A stretch of DNA of 64,000 nucleotides from an uncultured Candidatus Saccharibacteria bacterium (GCA_964620175.1 CAZUIL010000001.1:12584-76583); one strand, 5' to 3'; positions 31,416-41,928 are shown, counted from the first letter of the stretch. A program made the numbers and translations. Notes: a model not told the origin generated them from the sequence alone.

Positions 31416-32044
31416 TGGGACAGAAAGTTAATCCGATAAGCATGCGGCTCCAACTCAACAAGGATTGGCGCAGCAAATGGTTTGCCAATAAGCGCGAGTA
31501 CGCCAACTATCTAAAAGACGACCTGGCTGTACGGCGCCTTATCAAGGACAAGCTTGGTTCACGGGCAGCTATCAATAAGGTAGATATCGAACGCTCGCCT
31601 AACCTCGTATCCGTAACAATCAGCACCGCAAAGGCTGGTGTTGTCATTGGCCGTGGTGGGACCGGCGCCCAGGAGCTCAAGGCTGCAATTGAAAAAATTT
31701 ACGGTGTTCCAGTACGGGTCAATATCGAAGAAGTTAAGAAGCCGGAACTGTATGCCAAGCTTGTGGCTGAAAATATTGCCCACCAGCTGGAGCGGCGCAT
31801 TGCATTTAGACGTGCAATCAAATCATCTTCAGCCGCCAGCATGCGCGCTGGGGCCAAAGGCGTCAGGATTGAAGTCTCTGGCAGGTTAAATGGCGCGGAG
31901 ATGTCACGGCGCGAAAAGGATGTAGTGGGCAGTGTTCCTTTGCACACCCTCAGGGCGGATATTGATTATGCACATGTTGATGCTAAGACGCCCGATGGCA
32001 TTATTGGTGTCAAGGTTTGGATCTATAAGGGGGAGGCTCAGTAA
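31415..32044 (+). CDS. rpsC: 30S ribosomal protein S3
   Basis: [12 protein letters not shown]... matches S3. Confidence 0.95.
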   Translation: MGQKVNPISMRLQLNKDWRSKWFANKREYANYLKDDLAVRRLIKDKLGSRAAINKVDIERSPNLVSVTISTAKAGVVIGRGGTGAQELKAAIEKIYGVPVRVNIEEVKKPELYAKLVAENIAHQLERRIAFRRAIKSSSAASMRAGAKGVRIEVSGRLNGAEMSRREKDVVGSVPLHTLRADIDYAHVDAKTPDGIIGVKVWIYKGEAQ

Positions 32045-32457
32045 TGTTGCTTCCTAACAGAACCAAGTACCGCAAGGTACGCAAGGGAAAGATCCGCGGG
32101 CCGGCAACGTCTGGCAACTATATCGCGTTTGGTGACTTTGCGCTGCAGTCTATGGAAGGCATGCGCATTACCAGTCGACAGATTGAGGCTGCCCGACAAG
32201 CGATGACCCGTTACGTTAAACGCGGCGGCAAGATATGGATCCGGATTTTCCCGCATACGCCGGTGTCCCGCAAACCGCAGGACGTGAAGATGGGAAGCGG
32301 TAAGGGCAACCCGGAGTTCTTCGCAGCCAAGGTTAAGCCCGGTACCATACTGTTCGAGATGCAAGGCGTATCTGAAGAAGTTGCCCGGGAGGCAATGCGA
32401 TTGGCGAGTCACAAGCTGCCGGTCAAGACAAAGTTCCTGGTCAAGGAGGAAGCGTAA
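32044..32457 (+). CDS. rplP: 50S ribosomal protein L16
   Basis: [15 protein letters not shown]... matches L16. Confidence 0.95.
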   Translation: MLLPNRTKYRKVRKGKIRGPATSGNYIAFGDFALQSMEGMRITSRQIEAARQAMTRYVKRGGKIWIRIFPHTPVSRKPQDVKMGSGKGNPEFFAAKVKPGTILFEMQGVSEEVAREAMRLASHKLPVKTKFLVKEEA

Positions 32458-32458
32458 C

Positions 32459-32659
32459 ATGAAAATCGTGGAAATACGCAAACTGTCTACTGCCCAGCTG
32501 ACAACGGAAAGCACCAAGCTACGCGAAGAAATAGCCGAGCTTCGACGCCGGCTGCATATGGGTGAAGTGCAGAATGTTAAGGTAATCAGGAACAAAAGGA
32601 AAGATCTCGCTCGCATGCTGACTGTTCTCGGCGAGCAGCTAGCAAAGGAGAAAATGTAA
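32459..32659 (+). CDS. rpmC: 50S ribosomal protein L29
   Basis: MKIVEIRKLSTAQL... matches L29. Internal start of the track ORF. Confidence 0.9.
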   Translation: MKIVEIRKLSTAQLTTESTKLREEIAELRRRLHMGEVQNVKVIRNKRKDLARMLTVLGEQLAKEKM

Positions 32660-32961
32660 TGGCACGTGTATTAATCGGCACGGTTGCATCGAACAAGGCT
32701 GACAAAAGCATTGTCGTTTCAGTGCTCACTCGTAAAACACACCCACTCTATAAGAAGCAGTACAGCGAATCCAAGCGGTTTATGGTACATGATGAAAAGA
32801 ACGAGGCTGAAATAGGCGACAAAGTCGCAATCGTAGAAACGAGGCCGATCAGCGCACGCAAGCGATACACCTTGCAGCGTGTCATCGAACGGCCTGCAAT
32901 CCGTCAAGAGGACCAGGCAGTGGCCGATAAAGCGCCGGCTGATGAGGCCGAGGAGCAATAA
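32659..32961 (+). CDS. rpsQ: 30S ribosomal protein S17
   Basis: S17 homolog. Confidence 0.93.
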   Translation: MARVLIGTVASNKADKSIVVSVLTRKTHPLYKKQYSESKRFMVHDEKNEAEIGDKVAIVETRPISARKRYTLQRVIERPAIRQEDQAVADKAPADEAEEQ

Positions 32962-33329
32962 TGTTACAGCAAGAATCAATTCTTAACGTGTGCGACAACA
33001 GCGGAGCCAAGAAAATACTTTGCATCCGTGTTCTTGGCGGAACCAAGCGTCGCTATGCACGCATTGGTGATACAATCGTCGCCAGTGTCAAAGAGGCTAA
33101 CCCGACCGGCAACGTCAAGAAAAAGTCAGTTGTCAGGGCAGTCGTTGTGCGCACGCAAGCGCCAATTCGCCGCAAGGACGGCTCCACTATCAAGTTCGAT
33201 GATAACGCCGCGGTGATAATCGGCGATGACAAGCAACCGCGTGCGACACGTATATTTGGGCCGGTCCCACGGGAATTGCGTGAGCTTGGCTATAGTAAGA
33301 TAATTTCCCTTGCACCGGAGGTCCTGTAA
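32961..33329 (+). CDS. rplN: 50S ribosomal protein L14
   Basis: L14 homolog. Confidence 0.95.
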   Translation: MLQQESILNVCDNSGAKKILCIRVLGGTKRRYARIGDTIVASVKEANPTGNVKKKSVVRAVVVRTQAPIRRKDGSTIKFDDNAAVIIGDDKQPRATRIFGPVPRELRELGYSKIISLAPEVL

Positions 33330-33661
33330 TGAATGCTGTTGTCTATAAGATCCGGCTCAAGAAGGGCGATACAGTCGTAGTACGGTCCGGAAAGCACAAA
33401 GGCAAGACCGGCAAAGTAATCGCGACGCATCCGCGGGAAAACAAAGTTACCGTGGAAGGCATTAACGTGGTGAAGAAGCACGTCAAACCAAACCGCAGCC
33501 ACCCACAAGGTGGCATCATTGAGATTACCAAACCTATCTGGGTTTCGAAGGTCGGCATCGTTGAGCCAAGTAGTAAGCAGCCAAGCAAAATCGGCTACAC
33601 GCTTTCCAAGGACGGAAAACGAGTCCGCATCTATAAGAAAACCGGCAAGGAGATCAAGTAA
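33329..33661 (+). CDS. rplX: 50S ribosomal protein L24
   Basis: KOW-domain L24. Confidence 0.93.
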   Translation: MNAVVYKIRLKKGDTVVVRSGKHKGKTGKVIATHPRENKVTVEGINVVKKHVKPNRSHPQGGIIEITKPIWVSKVGIVEPSSKQPSKIGYTLSKDGKRVRIYKKTGKEIK

Positions 33662-34242
33662 TGGCTACCGCAACTCAATCAAAGCAGGCAGCCGCCAGGC
33701 TAAAAGACCTGTATCATAAGCAACTTGTCAAAGAGCTGCAGGGGGAACTCGGCCTGCAGAACCCGCATGAAGTGCCGCGCATTGAAAAGATCGTGGTCAA
33801 TATTGGCCTCGGCCGTGCCAAAGACGATAAGAAGCTTATAGAGGTGGCTGCCAATACTCTCCGTAAAATTACCGGCCAGCAACCGGTCGAAACCGTTGCC
33901 CGAAAGTCTATCGCCAGCTTTAAACTGCGCGAGGGCAATAAGATTGGGCTCAAGGTGACGCTCCGCGACGAACGGATGTATGAATTCCTGGACAGGATCA
34001 TTACCGTCGTGTTGCCGCGGTTACGCGACTTCCACGGCGTGCCGCAAAAGGCGTTTGACAAGTCAGGTAACTACAGCCTTGGCTTCACGGACCAGTCGGT
34101 GTTCCCGGAGCTAACGTTTGATGAGACAACGACTACCCACGGGCTGCAGGCCGTAATAGTAATCAATAGCAAAGAACCAGCACACTCTAAGGCATTGCTC
34201 GAGAAGTTTGGCATGCCGTTTGAGAGAAAGGAGCAAAAGTAA
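33661..34242 (+). CDS. rplE: 50S ribosomal protein L5
   Basis: L5 homolog. Confidence 0.95.
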   Translation: MATATQSKQAAARLKDLYHKQLVKELQGELGLQNPHEVPRIEKIVVNIGLGRAKDDKKLIEVAANTLRKITGQQPVETVARKSIASFKLREGNKIGLKVTLRDERMYEFLDRIITVVLPRLRDFHGVPQKAFDKSGNYSLGFTDQSVFPELTFDETTTTHGLQAVIVINSKEPAHSKALLEKFGMPFERKEQK

Positions 34243-34511
34243 TGGCAAAGAAGTCAATTGTCGCACGTGACCTAAAGCGACAGAAAATGATTAAGCGCTA
34301 CGCCGCCAAGCGTGCGGAACTGAAGGCAATGGGCGATTATGAGGGTTTGCACAGACTGCCGCGCAACTCATCTCCTACACGCTGGAAGAACCGATGTATT
34401 GAGACAGGTCGCCCGCACGGATATATGCGGACGTTCGGCCTAAGCCGTATCTCATTCCGTGAACACGCGAGCAAAGGTGAGATCCCTGGCGTAACAAAAT
34501 CGAGCTGGTAG
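34242..34511 (+). CDS. rpsN: 30S ribosomal protein S14
   Basis: 89-aa S14. Confidence 0.9.
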   Translation: MAKKSIVARDLKRQKMIKRYAAKRAELKAMGDYEGLHRLPRNSSPTRWKNRCIETGRPHGYMRTFGLSRISFREHASKGEIPGVTKSSW

Positions 34512-34523
34512 GGAAGGATATAT

Positions 34524-34919
34524 ATGGTAACAACTGATCCAATAGCAGACATGTTGACAAGAGTCCGGAACGCGATTGCGGTTCGGAAGCATGAGGTATC
34601 CTTGCCACATTCAAAGGTCAAGGAGTCAGTTGCGCGTCTGCTCAAAGAAAACCAGTTCATCGATGACGTTAAGGTTATTGACGCAGATGTCGGCAAGATT
34701 ATGAAAGTTATGATCAATGCCCCTGATGACAATGCACGCATTACCGAAATTGTCCGAATGAGCAAGCCGGGGAGACGGCAGTATGCCCGCGCCGATGACA
34801 TCCCGTTTGTGAAACGCGGCCGCGGGATAGTAATTGTGTCGACATCCCAAGGTATGATGAGTGACCGCGAAGCGCGCCAAAAGCGGCTCGGCGGCGAATT
34901 AATTTGTAAGGTGTACTAA
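34524..34919 (+). CDS. rpsH: 30S ribosomal protein S8
   Basis: S8 homolog. Confidence 0.95.
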   Translation: MVTTDPIADMLTRVRNAIAVRKHEVSLPHSKVKESVARLLKENQFIDDVKVIDADVGKIMKVMINAPDDNARITEIVRMSKPGRRQYARADDIPFVKRGRGIVIVSTSQGMMSDREARQKRLGGELICKVY

Positions 34920-34933
34920 GTGGAGTTACTATA

Positions 34934-35473
34934 ATGAGTCGAGTAGGAAAACTGCCGGTTGCGATACCAAGCGGCGTGACAATCACTGTCGACCCCAGCG
35001 AGATTAGCGTCAGCGGACCCAAGGGTACGCTGAAGCAACCGATTCTAGGGGGTATCACTGTGGTCCAGGAAGGCGACCAGGCCATAGTCGCAAGGGCTAA
35101 TGACGAACCAGTAAACCGCGCCCGCCATGGCCTGATGCGTTCACTGGTAAATAACATGGTGGTCGGTGTCAGCACCGGATTCAGCAAAAAGCTTGAGATT
35201 AACGGCGTCGGTTTCCGCGTCGCGATGCAGGGGTCTGACCTAAAGTTTAACCTTGGTTATTCCCATGACATCATATATAAAGTACCGCAGGGTGTTACAG
35301 CCACTGTCGAACAAAACACCATTACCATCAGCGGTATCGACAAGCAGCAGGTTGGACAGGTCGCTGCGGATATCCGGGCGCTTCGGAAGCCAGAGCCGTA
35401 CAAAGGCAAGGGCATTAAGTACCAGGGTGAGCGCATTATCCGTAAGAGCGGTAAATCTGGTAAGGAAAAATAG
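34934..35473 (+). CDS. rplF: 50S ribosomal protein L6
   Basis: L6 homolog. Confidence 0.95.
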   Translation: MSRVGKLPVAIPSGVTITVDPSEISVSGPKGTLKQPILGGITVVQEGDQAIVARANDEPVNRARHGLMRSLVNNMVVGVSTGFSKKLEINGVGFRVAMQGSDLKFNLGYSHDIIYKVPQGVTATVEQNTITISGIDKQQVGQVAADIRALRKPEPYKGKGIKYQGERIIRKSGKSGKEK

Positions 35474-35480
35474 GTTGCAT

Positions 35481-35837
35481 ATGAAACGGTTAGCGAATAA
35501 ATTACACAATCTGAAAATGCGCCGGGCACGGGTGCGTGCCGTGGTCTCCGGTACCGCCGAGCGGCCGAGGCTGAGCGTCCATGTGAGCAATCGCCACATT
35601 TTGGCGCAACTCATTGACGATACCAAGCACGCCACGATTGCTTATGTCACGACTGCCGGCCAGAAGGCACTGAAGGGCACGATGACCGAACGAGCGCAGT
35701 GGGTGGGCGATGAAATTGCTAAAAAAGCACGCACCAAGAAGGTAAGGCAGGTGGTGTTTGACCGAAACGGACGATTGTACCATGGGCGGGTCAGCGCTTT
35801 GGCTGACGCCGCGCGGAAAGGCGGATTGGAGTTCTAA
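35481..35837 (+). CDS. rplR: 50S ribosomal protein L18
   Basis: MKRLANKLHNLKMRRARVRA... matches L18. Start at an internal Met of the track ORF. Confidence 0.9.
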   Translation: MKRLANKLHNLKMRRARVRAVVSGTAERPRLSVHVSNRHILAQLIDDTKHATIAYVTTAGQKALKGTMTERAQWVGDEIAKKARTKKVRQVVFDRNGRLYHGRVSALADAARKGGLEF

Positions 35838-35889
35838 TGGCATACTTAGCAGTAGCAGCAAAAAAAGAAGTAACGGGAGAAGGATTCTG

Positions 35890-36453
35890 ATGGCCGCACC
35901 GTATAGAAGCCGCACCCCTAGGGACAACATAGGGCTGGGCGAAGAAAAGCAGTTTGACGAGCGGGTAGTGCACATTGACCGTGTGGCCCGTGTCGTAAAA
36001 GGTGGCCGCCGGTTCCGATTCCGCGCGCTCGTTGTCATTGGCGATCATAAAAACCGTGTTGGAGTCGGCAGCGCAAAGGGCGCAGACGTCAGTGCAGCGG
36101 TTGCCAAGGCGGTGGACGTCGCCAAGAAAAACATGGTTACCATTTCGCTCAAGAACGGTACGATTCCGCATGACACACAGGCGAAAGTTGGTGGCGCAAA
36201 CATCCTGATTAAGCCGGCCAGCGCTGGTACCGGCCTCATTGCCGGTGGCGTAGTACGGACAGTACTGGAAGTCGCTGGCGTCAGCAACGCCCTCAGCAAA
36301 TCGCTTGGCTCGACTAACAAGACTAACACTGCCTACGCAGCTATCGAAGCCTTGAAGAATGTTGTCCCCGCCGAGAACTGGATTACTACCCGTGCTGCAG
36401 CGATGAGCAAGCCAAAACGGCAAGCAGCTGGCAAAGCGAAAGAGGATAAGTAA
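35890..36453 (+). CDS. rpsE: 30S ribosomal protein S5
   Basis: S5 dsRBD + S5 C-terminal domain. Start at the internal Met MAAPYRSR with SD GGGAGAAGGA upstream. Confidence 0.9.
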   Translation: MAAPYRSRTPRDNIGLGEEKQFDERVVHIDRVARVVKGGRRFRFRALVVIGDHKNRVGVGSAKGADVSAAVAKAVDVAKKNMVTISLKNGTIPHDTQAKVGGANILIKPASAGTGLIAGGVVRTVLEVAGVSNALSKSLGSTNKTNTAYAAIEALKNVVPAENWITTRAAAMSKPKRQAAGKAKEDK

Positions 36454-36923
36454 TGAAGTACAATGAACTGGAAGTACGGTCTACAAAAGCTAAGCGACGT
36501 GTAGGGCGCGGCATAGCCGCCGGACAAGGCAAGACTGCCGGACGCGGCACCAAAGGACAGGGATCCCGAGCCGGTGGTGGTGTCCGTCCTGGGTTTGAGG
36601 GCGGCCAAAATCCGCTGTATGCACGCTTGCCAAAACTACGCGGCTTCCGTTCGCCACGGCCAAAGGCCGAGGTGGTGTATACGGGTCAGCTGGACGAGAT
36701 TAAGGAAACGGTGGTTGACAATACCGCCGCTGCTAAAGCTGGATTGGTTTCTTCACCGCATGTTAAGGCCAAGCTGGTGCTTAAGGGAGACGTTACTAAA
36801 AAGCTGACCGTTAAGCTGCAGGCTGCTTCCAAAGGGGCTGTTGCAGCCATTGAAAAGGCTGGCGGCACGTTCGAAAAGACCGCACAGCTCCCCCGCCAAA
36901 AAAGCAAGAAGTCAGATAAATAG
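36453..36923 (+). CDS. rplO: 50S ribosomal protein L15
   Basis: L15 homolog. Follows rpsE directly, with no L30 gene. Confidence 0.93.
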   Translation: MKYNELEVRSTKAKRRVGRGIAAGQGKTAGRGTKGQGSRAGGGVRPGFEGGQNPLYARLPKLRGFRSPRPKAEVVYTGQLDEIKETVVDNTAAAKAGLVSSPHVKAKLVLKGDVTKKLTVKLQAASKGAVAAIEKAGGTFEKTAQLPRQKSKKSDK

Positions 36924-36934
36924 CGGCAACGGTT

Positions 36935-36960
36935 TTATGACACTATAATCTGTGTCATAA
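36935..36960 (+). promoter_or_regulatory. 9-bp inverted repeat flanking a TATAAT box upstream of secY
   Basis: TTATGACAC-tataatct-GTGTCATAA is a perfect palindrome centred on a -10-like hexamer, 40 nt 5' of the secY ATG. Confidence 0.4.
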
Positions 36961-36999
36961 TAGCCGTAATTCGACAGGTAGAGGGATGTATAAACAGTA

Positions 37000-38502
37000 A
37001 TGAGCTGGAAAGTAATTTGGCGCTCGCTTAAAAACCCTGATATGCGCAAACGCATCATCGCGGTGCTTGGCATGTTGCTTGCCTTCCGCGTGTTGGCGCA
37101 TATACCAATTCCCCTTGGCAATCCGGAAACGCTGAAGCAGTTGCTGGAAAGTCTCTTTACCTCGACGCAAACCACACAACTGCTGAGCTTTATTAATGTG
37201 TTGTCCGGCGGCGCGCTGGCTAACTTTTCCATCGTGCTGGCCGGCCTCGGGCCATACATTACCGCCTCTTTGGTCATGCAGCTGCTCACTAAAGCCATAC
37301 CAAAGCTTGAAGCGCTGAATAAAGAGGGTGAGTACGGGCGCAAGAAGATCAACCAGTACACCCGAACGCTGACGTTTCCACTCGCAGTTATCCAGTCAAT
37401 CGGTGCCATTTACCTTGTCCGCCAGTCCGCGGCTAGTATCGCCGGACTTGGTGATATAACCGCTGGAACGTCGCTGATACAATGGGTGCTCATGGTGGCT
37501 GCCCTTACCGGCGGCTCGATGTTGATGATGTGGCTGGGTGAACTGATTACTGAACAAGGCATCGGCAATGGCATTTCATTGCTTATAACAGTCGGTATTA
37601 TCAGCAGCCTGCCGGCTACCGTGTCACAGATAATGAACTCGGTGATCGACCAAAGCGCACGCTGGAATGTGTTTGGCTTGCAGCTGCCTATTGATACCTC
37701 TGGCTTGATATTCGCGCTGATATTGCTCGCCATAACGGTCATCACCACGATTATTATCGTCAAGCTCAATGAGGCCTCACGCAATATTACGGTCAACTAT
37801 GCTAAGCGGGTACAGGGCAACCGCACCTACGGTGGCGTTACAACCACCCTGCCGGTGAAGCTTATCACTGCCGGTGTTATCCCAATTATCTTTGCTGTGG
37901 CGTTCTTAAGCGTGCCCAGCTTTGTTGGCCAGCTATTGGCCGGCATGAGCAGCGGACGGCTGCAGGAAATCGGCAACACGCTGATTCTGTGGTTCCAGAA
38001 CCCAAGCCCGCAATCCTTTGCGGCCGGCGGGTTTGAGCCGTATGTTTACCCGGTTGTCTACTTCCTGCTCGTCTTTATGTTTACCTTTTTCTATACGAGC
38101 ATTACCTTCAACTCAAAAGAGATCGCCGAGAACCTGCAGAAGCAAGGCGGCTTTATTCCCGGAATCCGCTCCGGCAGCCAAACCGAGCAGTACCTTGCAA
38201 AACTTGTCAACCGGCTTACTTTGTTCGGCGCGTTGAGCCTGGGATTACTGGCGCTCATGCCGATTATCGGTCAGGTATTCCTGCAAACGAGCATTGCCAT
38301 CGGCGGCACGAGCATCCTCATCTTGGTATCCGTAGCGCTCGAGACGCTCCGTCAGCTCGAATCACGCGCGCTTATGGTCACCTATGACGATTACACCCGT
38401 CCGGACTTCTTCGGCGAGCCCACCATCGCTGGCGCACCTGAACCAACCGGCGTCAAACGCCGCTTCGGCCTCCGCAGACATAAAGAAAAAATACAAAAGT
38501 AG
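37000..38502 (+). CDS. secY: Preprotein translocase subunit SecY
   Basis: 10-TM SecY, 500 aa with a C-terminal extension. Confidence 0.95.
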   Translation: MSWKVIWRSLKNPDMRKRIIAVLGMLLAFRVLAHIPIPLGNPETLKQLLESLFTSTQTTQLLSFINVLSGGALANFSIVLAGLGPYITASLVMQLLTKAIPKLEALNKEGEYGRKKINQYTRTLTFPLAVIQSIGAIYLVRQSAASIAGLGDITAGTSLIQWVLMVAALTGGSMLMMWLGELITEQGIGNGISLLITVGIISSLPATVSQIMNSVIDQSARWNVFGLQLPIDTSGLIFALILLAITVITTIIIVKLNEASRNITVNYAKRVQGNRTYGGVTTTLPVKLITAGVIPIIFAVAFLSVPSFVGQLLAGMSSGRLQEIGNTLILWFQNPSPQSFAAGGFEPYVYPVVYFLLVFMFTFFYTSITFNSKEIAENLQKQGGFIPGIRSGSQTEQYLAKLVNRLTLFGALSLGLLALMPIIGQVFLQTSIAIGGTSILILVSVALETLRQLESRALMVTYDDYTRPDFFGEPTIAGAPEPTGVKRRFGLRRHKEKIQK

Positions 38503-38559
38503 TAAAAACACTTTACAAACACCGGTAGCAACTGATATAATTCACCCTTGTTATAATTT

Positions 38560-38781
38560 ATGGCCAAAAATAAGGAAGTCATCGAGCTGACTGGGACTGT
38601 GGTAGAGACCTTACCGGGGACTCAGTTTCGGGTAGAGCTTCAGAACGGCCATCAAATAATAGCTCATGTCGCCGGCAAAATGCGCAAGCATTTTATCAGG
38701 ATCGTACCAGGCGACAGCGTTACGGTTGAGTTGACCCCTTACGACCTTACGAAGGGCAGAATCACCTATCGCAAGTCATAA
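38560..38781 (+). CDS. infA: Translation initiation factor IF-1
   Basis: [20 protein letters not shown]... matches IF-1. Confidence 0.93.
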   Translation: MAKNKEVIELTGTVVETLPGTQFRVELQNGHQIIAHVAGKMRKHFIRIVPGDSVTVELTPYDLTKGRITYRKS

Positions 38782-38877
38782 TTAAGCAGTGTGTTCGGTG
38801 AAAAACCGGATCCGCATAGGCCCAGTGCAGCAACGATGTTGCATAGGGCACCCAAAGAAGAAAGGAATTCCAGCGGG

Positions 38878-38994
38878 ATGAAAGTGCGTGCTAGCGTAAA
38901 GAAAATCAGCTCCGACGACATCATCGTCCGCCGCAAGGGACGGGTGTACGTTATTAATAAAATGAAGCCAAAGCACAAGCAGAGGCAGGGGTAG
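38878..38994 (+). CDS. rpmJ: 50S ribosomal protein L36
   Basis: [38 protein letters not shown] matches L36. Internal start of a longer track ORF. Confidence 0.9.
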   Translation: MKVRASVKKISSDDIIVRRKGRVYVINKMKPKHKQRQG

Positions 38995-39049
38995 TGATGG
39001 GTGCTATATTCTTCACAACTCAGAATTCTAAGTCCGGAGGTGACTGCTA

Positions 39050-39436
39050 ATGGCCAGAATCTCAGGCGTAACTATCCCTTCCGAAAAACAAGTGCAAGTG
39101 GCACTGACTTACGTTTACGGCATTGGTCCGCGTACCAGCCGTACGATCGTGGCCAAAGCCAAGGTTGATCCGACGATACGAGTCAAGGATTTAACCGACG
39201 CCGAAATTTCGCGGATCCAAGATGTTATTAACGAAAGTCACACTGTTGAAGGTGAGTTGCAGCGGATCGTGACCGGAAACATTAAGCGGCTGAAGGACAT
39301 TAACGCATACCGCGGCATACGGCACGCTGCCGGTCTGCCATCGCGGGGGCAACGGACTAAGACCAACGCCCGGACACGCCGTGGCAAGAAGGTAACCGTT
39401 GGCGGTACTGCTAAAAAAGTAGCGTCCAAGACGTAG
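39050..39436 (+). CDS. rpsM: 30S ribosomal protein S13
   Basis: MARISGVTIP... matches S13. Confidence 0.95.
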   Translation: MARISGVTIPSEKQVQVALTYVYGIGPRTSRTIVAKAKVDPTIRVKDLTDAEISRIQDVINESHTVEGELQRIVTGNIKRLKDINAYRGIRHAAGLPSRGQRTKTNARTRRGKKVTVGGTAKKVASKT

Positions 39437-39451
39437 TTTCAGGAGTAACTC

Positions 39452-39868
39452 ATGGCAGAAGCACCATCAACCACCACCACAACAACAACACCAGCCAGAA
39501 AAAAGAAGGTAAAGCGCTCTGTTCCCTACGGGCAGCTGCACATCCTCGCTACGTTTAACAACACGATAGTGACTTTTACCGACAGCAAAGGCGGCGCCTT
39601 GACCACCGCCAGCGCCGGCGCCCTCGGGTTCCGTGGCTCCAAGAAGGGCACGGCCTATGCCGCGCAGGTAGCGACCGAAAAGGCCGGCCAGGCTGCCCGG
39701 CAACAGCACGGCCTCTCGAAAGTTGACGTATTTGTACGGGGCATCGGTCTTGGCAGGGAAGCAGCCATTAGGACACTGCAATCACTTGGCATACAAGTAG
39801 AGAGCATACGGGACGTGACTGGCATACCGCACGGTGGTGTCCGTCCAAGGAAGGCAAGGAGAGTATAG
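39452..39868 (+). CDS. rpsK: 30S ribosomal protein S11
   Basis: S11 with an N-terminal poly-Thr tract. Confidence 0.93.
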   Translation: MAEAPSTTTTTTTPARKKKVKRSVPYGQLHILATFNNTIVTFTDSKGGALTTASAGALGFRGSKKGTAYAAQVATEKAGQAARQQHGLSKVDVFVRGIGLGREAAIRTLQSLGIQVESIRDVTGIPHGGVRPRKARRV

Positions 39869-39870
39869 GT

Positions 39871-40488
39871 ATGGCACGAGACAGAGGCTCGATAGTTAAG
39901 ATGAGCCGGCGCGAAGGCTACGCGCTGCACCCAAAGGCTCATAAGGCGCTCGTCAAGCGTTCCAGTCCGCCAGGGCAGCAATCACGCCGTGGCATGAGGA
40001 GCAAGAGCAGCCAGTATGCCTTGCAACTTCGTGAGAAGCAGAAGGTAAAGCGACTGTACGGCCTGCTGGAGCGGCAGTTCAGCAATCTGATGAACGAAGC
40101 GTCGCGCAAAGAGGGCGAATCGGGTGAAATCCTATTGCAGTACCTTGAGCGGCGTTTGGACAACGCTGTGTACCGTGCCGGTTTTGCGCCAAGCCGCCGT
40201 GCCGCCCGTCAGCTCGTTACCCACGGCCACTTCTTGCTGAACGGCCGGCGGGTCGATATCCCGTCTATTCGCTTACAACCCGGTAACGTCATTACGCTCA
40301 GGGACCACAGCAAGCAAACTGAGTACTTTAAGAAAATTGACGACACCAGCCCGGCACCGTCTGAGACACCAGCCTGGCTCAAGATCAACCGCAAGAAGTT
40401 CGAAGTGCAAGTTACCGGCTTACCAACCAGAGAAGAGGTGGAGCCTGACATTAATGAGCAACTAATCGTGGAATACTACTCACGCTAA
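39871..40488 (+). CDS. rpsD: 30S ribosomal protein S4
   Basis: S4 homolog. Confidence 0.93.
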   Translation: MARDRGSIVKMSRREGYALHPKAHKALVKRSSPPGQQSRRGMRSKSSQYALQLREKQKVKRLYGLLERQFSNLMNEASRKEGESGEILLQYLERRLDNAVYRAGFAPSRRAARQLVTHGHFLLNGRRVDIPSIRLQPGNVITLRDHSKQTEYFKKIDDTSPAPSETPAWLKINRKKFEVQVTGLPTREEVEPDINEQLIVEYYSR

Positions 40489-40507
40489 GGGAGGCAAATT
40501 AAAAGCT

Positions 40508-41452
40508 ATGTCAAAACTAATTCACACACCAGGAGTCGTAAATGTCGATGATCACGGCGCCAACAGCGCGACGTTTTCAGTCGAGCCGCTCCACACCGGC
40601 TATGGAATGACACTCGGCAATTCGTTGCGACGGGTGTTGCTTTCAAGCATTGCCGGGGCCGCTGTTACCGCTTTTAAAGTTGAAGGCGCAACACACGAAT
40701 TCACCACACTCAAAGGCGTCAAGGAAGATATCGTTGAAATTATGCTCAACCTTAAGGGTATCCGTTTCCGTGTGTTCGGCGGCGAGTTGCAATCGCTGCG
40801 CCTCACTAAGAAGGGCAAGGGCAAGGTAACGGCCAAGGACATTGCGACCAACGCTGACGTTGAGATAGTAAATCCCGATCATGTTATTGCTACCATTGAT
40901 GATGATAAAGCCAGTGTCGTTATGGACCTCGTGGTTGAGACTGGCCGCGGCTACCGCACGGTTGAGGAAGGAGCCACTCGGAAAGCAAGCGATATGATCG
41001 CACTTGACGCGGTCTTCAGCCCGGTACTCCGTGTTCGCTACAAGGTGGAGAATACCCGTGTCGGCCAGGTGACTGACCTCGACAAGCTGATTATCACGAT
41101 TGATACTGACGGGTCAATTACACCGCGTGAGGCGTTCGAAGAGGCGGCAGCCATACTCGTAAACCAGTACACCGCCCTCGCCGGCCAAACCCGCGTAGAG
41201 GCCGCCGCGCCAATTGGCAATACTATTGACGAGGCAAGTGACGGTGAAGGATCCGAGGACGCACCCGAGCTGATGACGCCAATTGAGGACCTTAACCTTT
41301 CAGCCCGGACCACCAACGCCCTCATCAACAATGACATCCACACACTCAAGGATCTCTTCAGCCTTAGTGACGCAGAACTCAGGGACCTGAAGGGCTTTGG
41401 CAGCAAGGCACTGGATGAAGTAAAAGAAAAGCTTGCGGAGTTGGAACTGTAG
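40508..41452 (+). CDS. rpoA: DNA-directed RNA polymerase subunit alpha
   Basis: RpoA N-terminal domain and C-terminal domain. Confidence 0.95.
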   Translation: MSKLIHTPGVVNVDDHGANSATFSVEPLHTGYGMTLGNSLRRVLLSSIAGAAVTAFKVEGATHEFTTLKGVKEDIVEIMLNLKGIRFRVFGGELQSLRLTKKGKGKVTAKDIATNADVEIVNPDHVIATIDDDKASVVMDLVVETGRGYRTVEEGATRKASDMIALDAVFSPVLRVRYKVENTRVGQVTDLDKLIITIDTDGSITPREAFEEAAAILVNQYTALAGQTRVEAAAPIGNTIDEASDGEGSEDAPELMTPIEDLNLSARTTNALINNDIHTLKDLFSLSDAELRDLKGFGSKALDEVKEKLAELEL

Positions 41453-41454
41453 CC

Positions 41455-41928
41455 ATGCATCGCCACGGATACAAAGGGAGAAAATTCGGACGCGAGCGCG
41501 ACCAGCGCCGGGCGCTTATTAAGGGCCTGGCAGATTCGCTCATCTTACATGAGTCAATTGAGACGACGCTGCCGAAGGCCAAAGAGATTGTGCCCTATGT
41601 CGAAAAGCTTATCACCAAAGCCAAGAAAGGTGACTTGCACAGCCGCCGACAGGTCATAAGCGCATTGCAGACTGTTGAGAGCGCGCATAAGCTGGTGGAC
41701 GATATTGCGCCGAAGCTAAAGACGCGCACCAGCGGCCACTTACGTATAGAGAAAACCAAGCTGCGCCGTGGTGACAACGCCGAGCTTGCTAAGGTCAGCT
41801 TCGTTGATGATTTGAAGACGGCGAAGGCTCCTGCCGCGCAGGCGGCTGAGAAGCAGCCGGCGCCGAGAAAGGCGAAGCCCGCAGCCACTTCCCGCACCAA
41901 GGCAGCTGGTAAAAAGGAAAGTAAGTAA
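41455..41928 (+). CDS. rplQ: 50S ribosomal protein L17
   Basis: L17 with a basic/Ala-rich C-terminal extension. Confidence 0.92.
   Translation: MHRHGYKGRKFGRERDQRRALIKGLADSLILHESIETTLPKAKEIVPYVEKLITKAKKGDLHSRRQVISALQTVESAHKLVDDIAPKLKTRTSGHLRIEKTKLRRGDNAELAKVSFVDDLKTAKAPAAQAAEKQPAPRKAKPAATSRTKAAGKKESK

Noticed and set aside
38547-38557. Perfect extended -10 (TGTTATAAT) 3 nt upstream of the infA ATG
   Set aside because: A TSS 7 nt downstream would fall inside the coding sequence. Probably a coincidence of AT-rich junction sequence rather than the infA promoter.
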